The position numbers were made by a program, and so were the translations under genes. Below are positions 1 through 12,356 of a stretch of DNA of 64,000 bases, piece after piece (positions within the stretch are counted from its first letter, which is position 1; each line of letters begins with the position of its first letter). Source of the stretch: Azolla caroliniana (Eukaryota > Plantae > Polypodiophyta); NCBI GenBank assembly GCA_043228905.1, contig JBHGNT010000018.1, forward strand, positions 7,812,001-7,876,000, read 5' to 3'. The notes below the pieces were generated by a model. It was not told the origin of the DNA. It was given only the letters and a program-made list of their open reading frames with translations, and ran no database searches.

Positions 1-222
1 GAGCTCAAGGTCGTCGCCTTGCAGCTCGCCATTGTACATTCCCTGCGTATAGTGATAGTTGGAGTCTTGCACTCCCGTGGTTTTTCCCGTCTAGGGTTTT
101 CCACGCTAAACCCTGTGCATTCGAGTCTCTCTCTGTGTTTTCGATTTACAGCTGCATTGACTCGTGTTTCCTCGGTTGTGGCCGAGAGGTGAAGGTTTTG
201 AAAGCGCCAATTTCTAACAATC

Positions 223-234
223 TGGTATCAGAGC
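223..234 (+). promoter_or_regulatory. Primer binding site (tRNA-iMet) of Copia A
   Basis: TGGTATCAGAGC 3 nt after the LTR-terminal CA. Confidence 0.95.
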
Positions 235-250
235 GACTGCAGTGCAGAAA

Positions 251-3200
251 ATGGAAGGCGGCAGCAGCGGGCAGCCGGGGATGATGGTGCTGAATGCGCA
301 GAACTAAGCCGACTGGAAGATAAAGATGGAGGATCTGCTCATTGTTCGGGACCTGTATGAACCGATCGACAGGTCGGAAATACCCAAGGGGGTACTTGAG
401 ACGGAATGGAGGCTTCTGAACCGGAAAGCCGTTGCAACCATTCGGCAATACGTCGACGTGAGCGTTCTACAACATGTGGCGAACGACACCAACGCATATG
501 AGATGTGGCAGAAGCTGTCGGGCCTCTATGAGAGGAAGAATGCGTTGAACCGGACCTCCCTGATGAGGAAGATAGTGAACCTCAAGTACCGGGACGGCGA
601 GAGTATGGTGGAACACGTAAGCGCGTTCATGGGATTTGTGAACCAGCTTGCGGCGATCAAGTTCCCGTTGGAGGATGCAATGCAAGCCATCATGCTGATG
701 TGTACATTGCCGGAAAGCTGGGAGAACTTGGTGGTGACTCTCAACACCTCCTGCACCGAAGATAACTTGTCCTTACAAACGGTAAAGACAAGCATTTTGA
801 ACGAAGAAGCGCGTCGGAGAGATAAAGAACTGGCCTCCGATCTGAAGATGCTGCTTACCGAATCGGATCGGGGAAGACAACGGAACCGGAGTCCGCAAAG
901 ACGGGAGAAGTCGGGGACCCGGTCGCAGTCAAGAGGAAGGCCCACATGCTTCCACTGTGGGAAGCCGGGGCACTTCCGAAAGAATTGTCGGCATTACCGA
1001 AAAGACAACGGAGCCGACGACACCGATTCGAAGAAGTCTTCGGAACGGAACGGTGCTTACCGGGGAGCCACGGACCGGAATGGTTCGGATCGGCGAGGGA
1101 AGGACCGGAAAGGAACGACGGCACTCGCGGCAAGTGAAGAGGAGATCATGCTCATCACCGAAGAAGGTAAACTAAACATTGCCGGCGATGAGACTACCTG
1201 GGTCGTCGATTCCGGAGCATCGTTCCACCTGACCCCGGAAAGACGATACTTCTCATCCTATACAGCCGGTGAGCATGGCTGCGTTCGGATGGGAAATGAA
1301 GGTACGTGCCGGATTGCCGGCATAGGAGACGTGTGGTTGACAACCTCGACCGGATGCAAAATGTTGCTGAAGGATGTCCGACACGTTCCGGAGGTTCGAT
1401 TGAACCTGATTTCGGCCGGGAGGCTAGACGATGAAGGCTACACAGGTAGCATCCAGAACTGCGTAATGAAGTTCAGCAAGGGGAGCCTGATAGTGGCTCG
1501 GGCCCGGAAAGTCAACACACTGTACCTTATGAATGCCTGGTTGTGTCCGGAGGAGTTGAACGTGGCAGCCGACACTGCCGGTGAGCTGTGGCACAAGAGA
1601 CTGTGCCACATGAGTGAGAAGGGGATGAAGAGGCTTGCAGAAGACAACCTTATTCCAGTGAAGCATGTGCACCTGGAGAAGTGCACCGATTGCCTGGCCG
1701 GTAAGCAGAACCGAACCTCCTTCCACTCAAGGCCACCGACGAGACGTAGCGCACCATTGGAGTTGGTGCACACTGACGTGTGTCAAGTAGAAACGAAGTC
1801 ACATGGCGGAGCCCAGTACTTCGTGACATTCATTGATGACCACAGCCGGAAGCTGTGGACGGCACCGTTGAAGACAAAGGACCAAGTGTTGTGCGTCTTC
1901 AAAGAACTCCACGCGAGAGTGGAAAGGGAATCCGGCAAGAAGCTGAAAGCGATACGAGCGGATAACGGAGGGGAATACCGGGGGCAGTTCGAGGAGTACT
2001 GTCGCTCGAAGGGAATCCGGCTCGAGTTTACTGTGCCGAAGACGCCGGAACTGAACGGGCTGGCCGAGAGGATGAACCGGACCATAATGGAGAGGGTCCG
2101 GAGTATGCTGGCGCATGCGAAATTACCCAAGGGGTTTTGGGCTGAGGCAATGTCGACGGCGACATACGTGATAAACAGATCACCCTCAGTACCTTTGGAC
2201 GGAGACACGCCGCAGAGAGTGTGGACCGGTAGGGAAGTATCCTACCGGCATCTGAAGGTGTTCGGGTGTCTCGCATATGTGCATGTGGCAAAGGACCGGA
2301 GAGGAAAGCTAGATCCAAAGACCCGGCCATGCATATTCCTCGGTTACGGCGATGACGAGTTCGGCTACCGAGTATGGGACCCGGTCGACAAAAAGATATT
2401 CCGGAGTCGTGATATCATCTTCATGGAGGACAAGACACTCGCCGACTGGGAGTCGGAGAAGAAGATGAAGAGCTCCAAGTCGACCGGTGAGGATCAACTC
2501 TACGAGGAGCAGTCCCGACCGGCAAGGGACCGGTTAGCACTCGAGGATCCGGCCGAAGACGGTGAAGAAACAGAACCGGCCGAGGAAGATGAAACTGATA
2601 CCGGAACCGGCCCCGATCCCGAAATGGATTCGGATGAAGAGGAAACGGAGGAGCCGTTTACCGAAGCTCTGGAATGGAGATATCCTCTAAGAGAGAGAAG
2701 GGCCCCCCGGAGATTTCCGGAACCAGAGCACGTGTTGCTAACCGACGAGGGGGAGCCGGAGAGTTTTGAAGAAGCAAAGCTTGACACCCATAGCCGCAGG
2801 TGGTTAAGTGCCATGCAGGAGGAGATGGATTCCCTGCATGAGAACCACACATATGAACTTGTGGAGTTGCCGAAAGGAAAGCGGGCACTTCGAAACAAGT
2901 GGGTGTTCAAGCTGAAACCGGGAGATGCCGGAAACCCCCCGAGATACAAAGCCAGGATCGTGGTGAAGGGGTTCCAGCAGAAGAAGGGCGTCGACTTCGA
3001 CGAGATATTTGCCCCGGTAGTGAAGATGACCTCCATCCGGACGGTGCTGAGCATAGCGGCAAGCATGGACCTCGAGGTAGAACAGATGGACGTGAAGACG
3101 GCATTCCTTCACGGTGACCTCGAAGAAGAGATCTACATGCAGCAACCGGAAGGATTCGAGAAGAAAGGGAAGGAGCACCTGGTATGCCGGTTGAAGAAGA

Positions 3201-4324
3201 GCCTTTACGGACTGAAGCAGGCTCCCCGGCAATGGTACCGGAAGTTCGACTCTTTCATGACCGACGAAGGGTACCACAAAACGCAATCTGATCACTGCGT
3301 GTTTGTGAAGAAGTTCGAAGGAGGAGACTTTCTAATACTCCTCCTGTACGTGGACGACATGTTGATCGTCGGACGGGACCAGGGCAAGATACGGATGCTG
3401 AAGAAAGCGCTTCACCGAACCTTCTCAATGAAGGACCTGGGTCCGGCGAGGCAAATACTAGGGATGCGCATCATCCAGGACCGGAAGAAGAAGCAGTTGT
3501 GGCTGTCACAGGAGAAGTACGTGACAAAGGTGCTTCACCGGTTCAACATGTCGGAAGCAAGACCGGTCCGGTCAACCCTCCCGGCAAACTGCAAGCTGTC
3601 CAGCAAGCAAAGCCCCAAGACAAAGGCTGAGAAGGAGGACATGATGAAAGTACCATATGCCTCTGCCGTCGGAAGCTTGATGTACGCAATGGTGTGTACA
3701 AGACCGGACATAGGATATGCAGTCGGAGTGGTGAGCCGGTACATGAGCAATCCCGGCAAAGAGCACTGGAACGCGGCCAAGTGGATACTCCGATACCTGA
3801 AGGGCACGGCAAACGTGTGCCTCCGATTCGGCTCCGGTAAGCCCGAACTCGACGGCTTTACCGATTCGGATATGTCGGTTGATGCAGATACTAGCCGGTC
3901 CACATCAGGGTATGTGATGACGTATGCAGGGGGAGCTGTTTCGTGGCAGTCGAGGCTGCAGAAGACGGTTGCGTTGTCAACCACGGAGGCGGAGTACATG
4001 GCGGCTGTTGAAGCCGGCAAGGAAATAATATGGATGAAGGACTTCATTAGAGATCTCGGTATCCGGTAGGAGGAGTACCGACTCTACTGCGACAGTCAGA
4101 GTGCCATCCACCTTGTGAAGAATGCGGCCTATCATTCCCGGACGAAGCACATCCAGCGAAGATATCACTGGATCCGGGAAAGGATAGAAGACCAGGAGTT
4201 CGTGCTGACGAAGATCCAGACGGACGAGAACGGGTCAGATATGCTGACCAAAGTGCTCACACCCGACAAGCTGGAAGCGTGCCGAAAGAGGGTCGGATTG
4301 GAAAGACATCCCATGCCGAAGTGA
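251..4324 (+). pseudogene. Copia A gag-pol polyprotein, one frame with two nonsense codons (305-307 TAA, 4067-4069 TAG)
   Basis: CCHC knuckle CFHCGKPGHFRKNC, protease VDSGAS, GAG-pre-integrase WHKRLCH, rve DD(35)E core, RT LLYVDDML, RNase H FTDSD. The 1247-aa ORF 326-4069 continues in frame to 4324. Confidence 0.93.
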
Positions 4325-4334
4325 AGGGGGAGTT

Positions 4335-4968
4335 TGTTGGGATTACGGTCCCTCCGGATGGGATGGTCAGATGTCCGGGAATCGGGAATGAAGACCCGAA
4401 TGAGGAGTACCCGGTTTCGGATCCGGATGATGAAGACCCGGTTTCGGATCCGGATGATGAAGACCCCGGCTATGGAGCCGGATGACGAATGTACCCGGAG
4501 AGAGATCCGGATGCGGGGACATATTTGTGAATATGTTTGCCAAGGGCCCTCTAGGCTATATTTGTAAATAGCCCGAAAGTCATATGTGTATAAATATGAC
4601 TTAGGGCAAACAGTTTTGGCGTTGTTGCTCATTTTTCTGTTTTCCACTTAGAGGGAGCGAAGTGAGAGCAGCCGAGAGAGAGAGTGAGAGAGAGAGAAAG
4701 GAAGAGGTCGACGCCTCTGTGTAATACCGCCGCCTGTGGCGAGGACAGCGAGCTCAAGGTCGTCGCCTTGCAGCTCGCCATTGTACATTCCCTGCGTATA
4801 GTGATAGTTGGAGTCTTGCACTCCCGTGGTTTTTCCCGTCTAGGGTTTTCCACGCTAAACCCTGTGCATTCGAGTCTCTCTCTGTGTTTTCGATTTACAG
4901 CTGCATTGACTCGTGTTTCCTCGGTTGTGGCCGAGAGGTGAAGGTTTTGAAAGCGCCAATTTCTAACA
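4335..4968 (+). repeat. Copia A 3' LTR (634 bp) with ~27-bp tandem repeats near 4390-4490 and a TATA box near 4588
   Basis: 4750-4968 matches 1-219 by eye; TG...CA termini. Confidence 0.95.
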
Positions 4969-5048
4969 AACCATTACTTGTGTTATGATCTTATATTATT
5001 TCTTATTCCTACGCTCTTGTTCATCGGTTACTATTCCGGTGGACAACA

Positions 5049-5095
5049 CCTGGCACGCCTATGGGACAGTGCCCTGGCACGTCGGACCCACCCCG
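5049..5095 (-). other. tRNA-Arg(UCU) 3'-end-like motif at the PPT position of Gypsy B
   Basis: Element-sense sequence CGGGGTGGGTCCGACGTGCCAGGGCACTGTCCCATAGGCGTGCCA-GG followed by LTR TGTTGTCC. Confidence 0.75.
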
Positions 5096-5521
5096 TCAAT
5101 CTTCTTCCAAAATGGCCCGGATATTTAGCTTTGCTACGGTGTCCACGTCCGGAGGCGACATAGGGCCCGTATTTGCATCGTGGTGCAGCTCCCCTGTTTG
5201 GTCGGCATGGTTTCTCCCGGTGTTGCAGTCATCGTGTGTGGGCGGTCCGGGTTTGGTGAGTTCTTCTGCGACCTGGATGTACCCATCCAGGCGTTTCTCC
5301 ACGAGCCATCGGTGTAAGGCAGTAGAGATGAAGATCGGCATCGCTAGAGTAGGTTCGTGGGAAGGAGACGGGTGGGTTGGAGCTCTGTGATAGGATGGAG
5401 GAGAAGGTGAGGGGGAGGAGCGATGGAAGCACTGATAGTTAGAAGGTGGGTTTCTGTTTTGTGCAGAAGATCTTCTATTTTCTTCTTTTTGTGGATTAGG
5501 GTTCATTGGGCGGTGAGCCAT
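5096..5521 (-). pseudogene. Gypsy B extra ORF, internally deleted (N-terminus fused to C-terminus)
   Basis: N-terminal ~85 aa match the ORF starting at 49138; ends LNIRAILEED*, similar to the D extra-ORF end VLDILEEE*. Confidence 0.8.
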
Positions 5522-6087
5522 GGTGGTGCCACATGTTCTTGAACTAGGAGTCTATGCATGCATTTAGTCCTTTTAATAGTGTCTCTATCTTCTTCTTCTT
5601 CTTCTTTATTTTCTTTTTTCTTCTCATAACCATTATATACAGCCTATTTTTACATTATGGTACAAGTGCGGCCGTCCATTTACGCCACAGGTTCTCCGGC
5701 TCTGTCCTATGTTGACTGGTCAGAAGAGCAAGGACAAGTGGGAAGGCGGAGTCGGATCGGATAATAGGAAGTAAATAATAGTATAATTATTATTTGGAGG
5801 GACGGATCCGGTACAGTTGTACCGATCCGGATGCCGGTTGCCTAAGCGCACCGATTGTAACCTTGCCGGATGCCTATAAAAGGATCCGATGATTTGTAAA
5901 TGCTTGACGGAAGTAATACAAATATAATTATTGCGTGTTTATCTTTATCTTTGTATTGTTTTACCGTCTGTGCTTAGTGTAATCATCTTATGCGTGTAAC
6001 CTAGCATCCAATCCTTACCACCCCTTTGGAGAAGTGTCGGATAGACACCTGTGTTGAGGCTAGTCCGGCCAGGCAGACAACACTATT

Positions 6088-9000
6088 TTGGCGACCACGA
6101 TTCCTGCAAAGTGCAGAGGACAACCGGGGGATGGATGTCTAGACCAAACGACGACCACATCACCGAACCAGGGAGATGATACACCGAACCAGGGAGATGA
6201 ACGGGAAGGCCTCCAGCAAGCCGTCGACGAGATCCCGCGAGATCGGTCATTCTCCACAACTCTTCGGAGAGTCGCAGAAGAAGCACTGTAGTTCCGGGTT
6301 CTGCAAGTCCCCGACGAAGGTAGTAGCATAACAAGCCTGCAAGAGGCGGAAACGATACTACAGACGCTCGCCGGTGGCGACGGGGACTCGGAAGCATTCG
6401 CAATACTTGAGGCGGAGTCGAAAAGCGACGGAAGCGTTGCGTCCCGGTATAAAAGTAGCCACGACACACCAAACGACCCGGGGGAAGAGGAGTCGGAAGA
6501 CTCAGTAACACCGGAGCCAGAGGAAGAAATAACCTTGGAGTTCAGTGACCGGCAATCGCCGAGGGAGGCTGACCGGATACCGACAACACCCGCGAAGGAA
6601 CCGAAGGAGCGGATACCGACAACACCCGCGGAGGAATTGAAGGAGCGGATACCGGCACCAACCGCGGAGGAACCAAAGGTTCTCACACCGACGCCAACAA
6701 CGGACAGAGAGCGGAGAAAGCAGGAGAGTCAGTTGGACGACACGATGCCGTACCCATACCCAAAGTACCGGGATGAGCCCAACGCGGAGGCACACGTGTG
6801 CGCATTCCTCCAAACATGGGAAGCCAACCATGTCTCCCAAAGACTGACGGAGCCCGAAGCCGAACGATCCAAAGTCGCCGAATTCGGCATGACCTTAGAA
6901 GTACCGGCGGCCCGATGGCACGCAAAACACTTACCGGGCAGCTTTGCCACATTCGATGGTTTGAAGGCCAAATTCCTCAGGCTTTTTCACAGACAAGTTG
7001 AGCAAAGGGAATTGGTCGGGCAGTTCTACACCACCCGGCAGGAAGAGAACGAGACTGTGCCACAATTCATCATTCGGTTTCAGACCCTGCACAACCAACT
7101 GACGAGAGCACCACCCGAAGACGAAGCCAAAGCAGTCTTTTTGGCCGCGCTGGAAGAGCCACTTCGAACAATGTGCGGAGTCCTTGATTTCCGCACCAGC
7201 ACAATGGACCAAGTTATTGATCGGGTCCTAGAAATGGACAAGACTAGCTCCTTCTTGTCGATGGGGATGTTACATCGGGCACTCCCGAAGGAGGAAGACT
7301 TGAGGTTCCGACAGGTCTTACAATGCACAACATGCCTAAATTCGGGCCACTCAACGGTAGATTGCACCCTGCGGACACAATGTATGATCTGCAACTCTCG
7401 AGCCCATACAACGGACCAATGCGAATATAACCTGTTAAATCGGCAGGCAGCACCGGTTCGACACATAGAACCGCACAATCAGAACCCGGATGAGGATCGA
7501 TTCCGGAGAGACGACCGCTACCAACGCGAACGCGGTAACAGATACGCTGATAGAAGACGCGATAACTATGACCGAGAGGAGAAACGCAGAGATAGCTACC
7601 CCCGGGACTGGTACGACCGAGACGAATCCCCGGAATACGAATGACGCAGAGAAGAGAGGCGACAAGGGAACCGAAATTTCCGACAGAATCAGAAGCGTGG
7701 ATTTTTCCGAAGAGAGGAACGTCGGGAGGCAGCAAGGAATGACAACCCGGTATCGGTACCAGATAACGGAAAAACCGAAGACGACCGCCGAAGTATACCC
7801 ACCCTCCAAACCGGGGACAAAGGAGAAACGAGCAACAGTCACAAGGTGTACTGTTATTACTACCGTAAGGAGGGCCATTATAGTAACCAATGCCCAAGCA
7901 AAACCAATGACAAGCAGCCGGCAGTCAACATGGTTACAGCCGAAATAACAGAAGTACAGCAGGTCACAACCCGGTCAAAGGGAAAGACCGCCGAGTGGGA
8001 AGCCCAGGAGGCAATCAGAAAACAAGTGGCGCAAGGGATCATGGAGGCCAATGAACAGAATGCGGCAGAAGTAAGAGACCAAAATATGCCAAAAGACGAA
8101 GAAATCATACAGCCAGGAGAAAACCCGACGTGGCAAGCGCTACAAGACTGTGAAATCGTGTTGCCGTTAGCACGGCTACTACAGTTGGTGCCACGGTTTA
8201 CGGCAGACTTACAGGCATCCGTGAGCAAACCGAAGCCGACGCCAGCACCGGCATTCTTCTCCAACCCGGAGGAAGGACCAACTATGGTCGATACAAGTAG
8301 CCCGGCGATCACGACAATCGTGAAAGGAAAGGACATTGCTGGAACGATTATTGACGGAGGCTCCGGGGTAAATGTCATCAGCCGACAGACATGCGACAAC
8401 CTGGGCATCCGGGAATGGGAACCATGCCCCTTCTGGTGACGCATGGCGGATACCAGGTCAGTCCGACCGACCCGGCTTATCCGGGATTTGGAAGTAACGA
8501 TCGGAGGCCACGTATTCCAGATATCGGCCGTGGTGCTGCAGCTGAATGTACAAGGCGCGTACCCCCTACTGCTAGGACGACCATGGCTGCGAACGGCGCA
8601 TATCAAGCAGAACTGGCAAAAGAACATGATCACATTCCGGCGAGGGAAAACAAAGGTACGAGTAACGACGCAACCACGGGTGATCGCCAGTAAGGAAGCA
8701 ACTCCATTGTATGTGGAAAGCATCAACATGTTGGAGGGATTACCGGATGAGGAAGTCGATCGGTACCTCGAGGAACACCCACGAATCGTCCCACTATTTG
8801 AGGTGGATATCACGGCGGTAGTAGAACCGTACATCACGACGCCGGACGAACCGGACCAAGCGGCGATCCGGGAACTGCGACAAGCACAGGAATCCCTAGA
8901 GAGGGAAATGACGATATCCCAGAGGGTAAAAGCATCCCAACTAGAGGAGGTGGACCTCGGCACAACAGACAAGCCTTGACCGGTAAATGTCGCAAAGGAA

Positions 9001-11934
9001 TTGCCAAAGGAAGAAAAGAAGGCAATGGTAGCATTATTAACAGACTTCAAGGATGTGTTCGCATGGTCGTACGAAGACATGCGAGGGTTGGACCCCCAGC
9101 TCTATCAGCACCAAATTCACCTAAGTACAGACGCGAAACCGATCGCTCAACGCAGGTACCGGATGAATCCGAATTATGCGGCGAAGGTGAAGGAGGAGAT
9201 TGATAAGCTCCTCCGGGTCGGATTTATCCGACCGGTCAAGCAGGCAACCTAGCTGAGTCCGATAGTGGTGGTCCCGAAAAAGAACGGCAAAATCCGGGTA
9301 TGCGTAGACTACCGGAAACTAAATGCCGCAACAGTGACCGATGTGTTTCCACTACCATTTACGGACGGGGTGTTAGATGCGGTAGCCGGCCACGAAGTTT
9401 ACAGCTTCCTGGATGGATTTAGCGGTTACAACCAAATACGAATGAACCCGGCCGACCAGGAGAAGACAGCGTTCGTTACGGAATGGGGAGTGTTCGTCGC
9501 GGTCGTGATGATGTTCGGACTAAAGACGGCCCAAGCGACCTTTCAAAGGATAATAATGGAAATTTTTGGGGAATATATCCCCGGTTTTATGCAGGTCTTC
9601 CTTGACGATTTCGCGGTCTACAACCGGCACGGAATATATCTCTGGCTATGCTTGGAGAAGTGCCGCGAGTACCGATTGAGTCTGAACCCGGGCAAGTGCG
9701 TCTTTGGAGTGGCAAGCGGCAACTTACTAGGGCACGTGGTGAGTAAGGAAGGAATCGCGGTAGATCTGGATAAAGTAAAGGCGATTCTCGAGGCACCAGC
9801 ACCAAATAACGCAAAGGCTTTAAGCCGGTTCCTGGGCCAATTAAGGTGGCATAGCCGGATGATACGGCACCTCGCAGACTTCGCTACACCATTGCATACC
9901 GCCGTACACATGGTACCCTTCCTATGGGCAGAGACAGAGGAGAAAGCCTACCAAGCGTTGAAGGTTATGCTGTCGCAAGCTCCGGTGGTGCAACCGCCAG
10001 ATTGGAGTAAAAGCTTTCACGTCTTCGTCGACGCGTTGGACGTAGAAATCGGCAGCGTTCTGATGCAACTCACGGAGCCGAAATGGTACCGGCCGGTGTA
10101 CTACGCAAGCCGGAAACTCTCAAAAGCCGAACGGAACTACTCTACGACGGAACGCGAGGCATTAGGAATGGTGTATAGTGTCACAAAGTACAGGCACTAT
10201 CTGCTCGGAAGGAAGTTTTCCTTCCACGTCGACCATTCAACACTACTCTACCTGGTCTCGAAGGCATCCCTGACGGGAAAAATTGCACGATGGACACTGC
10301 TGTTACAGGAATTTGAATTCGACATTTTCCACCGACCCGGGGCGCAGCATGCGGTAGCGGACTACCTAAGCAGACTCGAATCCGAAGAAGCAGGGGACGG
10401 CGTCCAAGATGAGTTCCCCGACGCCGAGTTGTTCTGGATCACGACGGAACCGGCAACGGATGCAACGGTAGCCGATGAAGACACGTGGCTAACTGAGATG
10501 CATCAGTTCCTGAGCACCGGAGTACCCCTGGAGAACATGGACCGCGATGAAAGGAAAAGGGTAGCAGTAAGAAGCACACATTTCTGCTTGGTTGGAGACA
10601 CCCTCTATCACAAGGGGGCAGATGGCATCTGGAGACGAGCAGTGTGGAGCGATGAGAAGGATCTAATCCTCAGGGAAGCCCACTGTGGAATTGTCGGCGG
10701 GCATTATGCCGGCGACGCAACCGCTCGGAAAATATGGCAGAGCTGACTGTGGTGGCCCACCACCCTAAAAGAGGCCGTGAAGTATAGCCGAGAATGCGAT
10801 TTGTGTCAACGACTGGGCCAACCCACGGAGCAGGCCCGGATGCCACACCACCCGGTCTTTCCATTGGAACCGTTTCAAAAGTGGGGTTTGGACTTTGTCG
10901 GTCCCTTCAAGCCACCGGCAATGCGAACCGGAAATCGGTATGTCATAGTGGCGACCGACTATTGCACCAAATGGGTAGAAGCGAAGGCCTTACGGGACAA
11001 CACGGCCGTGTCCACGGCAAAGTTCCTGTACGAGTGCATATGGTGCCGGTATGGATGCCCGATCGAGCTTATAAGTGACCAAGGAGGACACTTTCTCGGG
11101 CAGGTAGTAGAAAGCCTGACGTCATTTTACGCGGTGGTACATAAAAGGAGTACTCCCTACTACCCTCAAGCCAATGGACTAGCGGAATCGACGAACAAAA
11201 CTCTGCAGAACATCCTACGAAAAATCGTCAACGAGAACCGGACCGACTGGGATACGAAATTGCAGAGCACGCTATGGGCGTACCGAACAACGTACAAAAC
11301 CAGCATCCGGACAACCCCGTTCCGACTAGCATTCGGTTTAGAAGCGGTCATGCCGGTAGAGTTCTAGATCCCCAGCTTACGGATCCAGGTAAAGGAGCGC
11401 TTAAGTCAGAAGGAGTCCGAACGAATCCGGCTGGCGACATTGTTGGAATTAGAAGAAAACCAAATAGCCAGCTTACTACAACTCGAACTGGAGCAAAGGA
11501 GGAGAAAAGCTTTCGTGGACCAACACCGGCGTGGCAACGAAAAGGAGTTCGAAGTCGGGAAACCGGTGCTACTGTTCCAGACACGGATGGGGAACATGCC
11601 GGGAAAGTTGCGGTTTCGGTGGACCGGACCGTTCTGGATCACCAAGGAGTACAATGGGTCGTATCAGCTCGGCACGTTGTCTGGAGAAGTCATCGGTAAG
11701 TGGGCAAATGGGTTTCGGCTAAAGCCGTATAAGGGAAATATGCCAGCCAACCCGTTCAAGCAAGACCCGGAAATCCGGCACGATGAGGAACCGACACCGA
11801 CAGACGCTGCTGCAGATATCCGGACCGAGGAAGACCCGACACCGATACTGACGAAGACTATCCCGGAAAACCGACAGAAGGATAAGGTATCAGCGCGAAC
11901 CGACCCGAACAAATCGGGGGGGACCAGAAAATGA
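6088..11934 (+). pseudogene. Gypsy D gag-pol, single frame broken by nonsense codons; true start unclear
   Basis: ORFs at 6088, 6535, 7846, 8443, 9001, 9265, 10777 and 11440 are all in one frame. Zinc knuckles, protease IIDGGSG, RT FLDD, Ty3-type RNase H, integrase HHCC and rve core. Confidence 0.92.
6089..6099 (+). promoter_or_regulatory. Primer binding site of Gypsy D, probably tRNA-Arg(UCG)
   Basis: TGGCGACCACG 6 nt after the LTR; complementary to the recalled plant tRNA-Arg(UCG) 3' end ...GTGGTCG-CCA. Confidence 0.75.
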
Positions 11935-12356
11935 CGTGGTCCAAACAAACAGAAAAATAAAAATAAAAAATAAAAAAAAATAAAAATCATAGTAATGATG
12001 GGGAGATCACAAGAGGTGGGAGCGCCACCATGCAACGAAGAGGCGCCATGCAGTAAAGGAGGACGTGCGCATACTTGCTATTTAAAGCATAGAACGTGGG
12101 CACCGACGTACGAGGTATTACTCACACGCGGCAAGCAAGAAAGGACATACTAATTATGGCGGGAGATAGACATGCGCGGGAAACGAAAAAGGGCGGCTCG
12201 AGGCAAAAGCCACTATATAAGACACAGGCCTACGAAGGACTTACTTTTTACGAATTTTCCTACACACAGGCGCAGAAGCACAGAAGAGCGATCCGACGCA
12301 CAACGCACACACATCCCGATCCCGAACAACAGACAGCAGAAGAAGAATTCGAACCA

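Larger units (their letters stand above)
1..4968 (+). mobile_element. Copia A, Ty1/Copia LTR retrotransposon (Tnt1/Tork-like); 5' LTR cut by window edge
   Basis: 5' LTR end 1-219, iMet PBS 223-234, gag-PR-INT-RT-RH order, PPT GAAGGGGGAG ~4323-4332, 3' LTR 4335-4968 (TG..CA). Inserted in the 3' LTR of Gypsy B copy 1. Confidence 0.97.

Noticed and set aside
4067-4069. Programmed stop read-through in Copia A RNase H
   Set aside because: Copia G has CAA and Copia I has CAG at this codon, so it is a point mutation.
7878-9080. Long antisense ORFs (400 aa here; also 56473-57264 and 6060-6686)
   Set aside because: Shadows of GC-rich pol/gag frames with no recognisable motifs.
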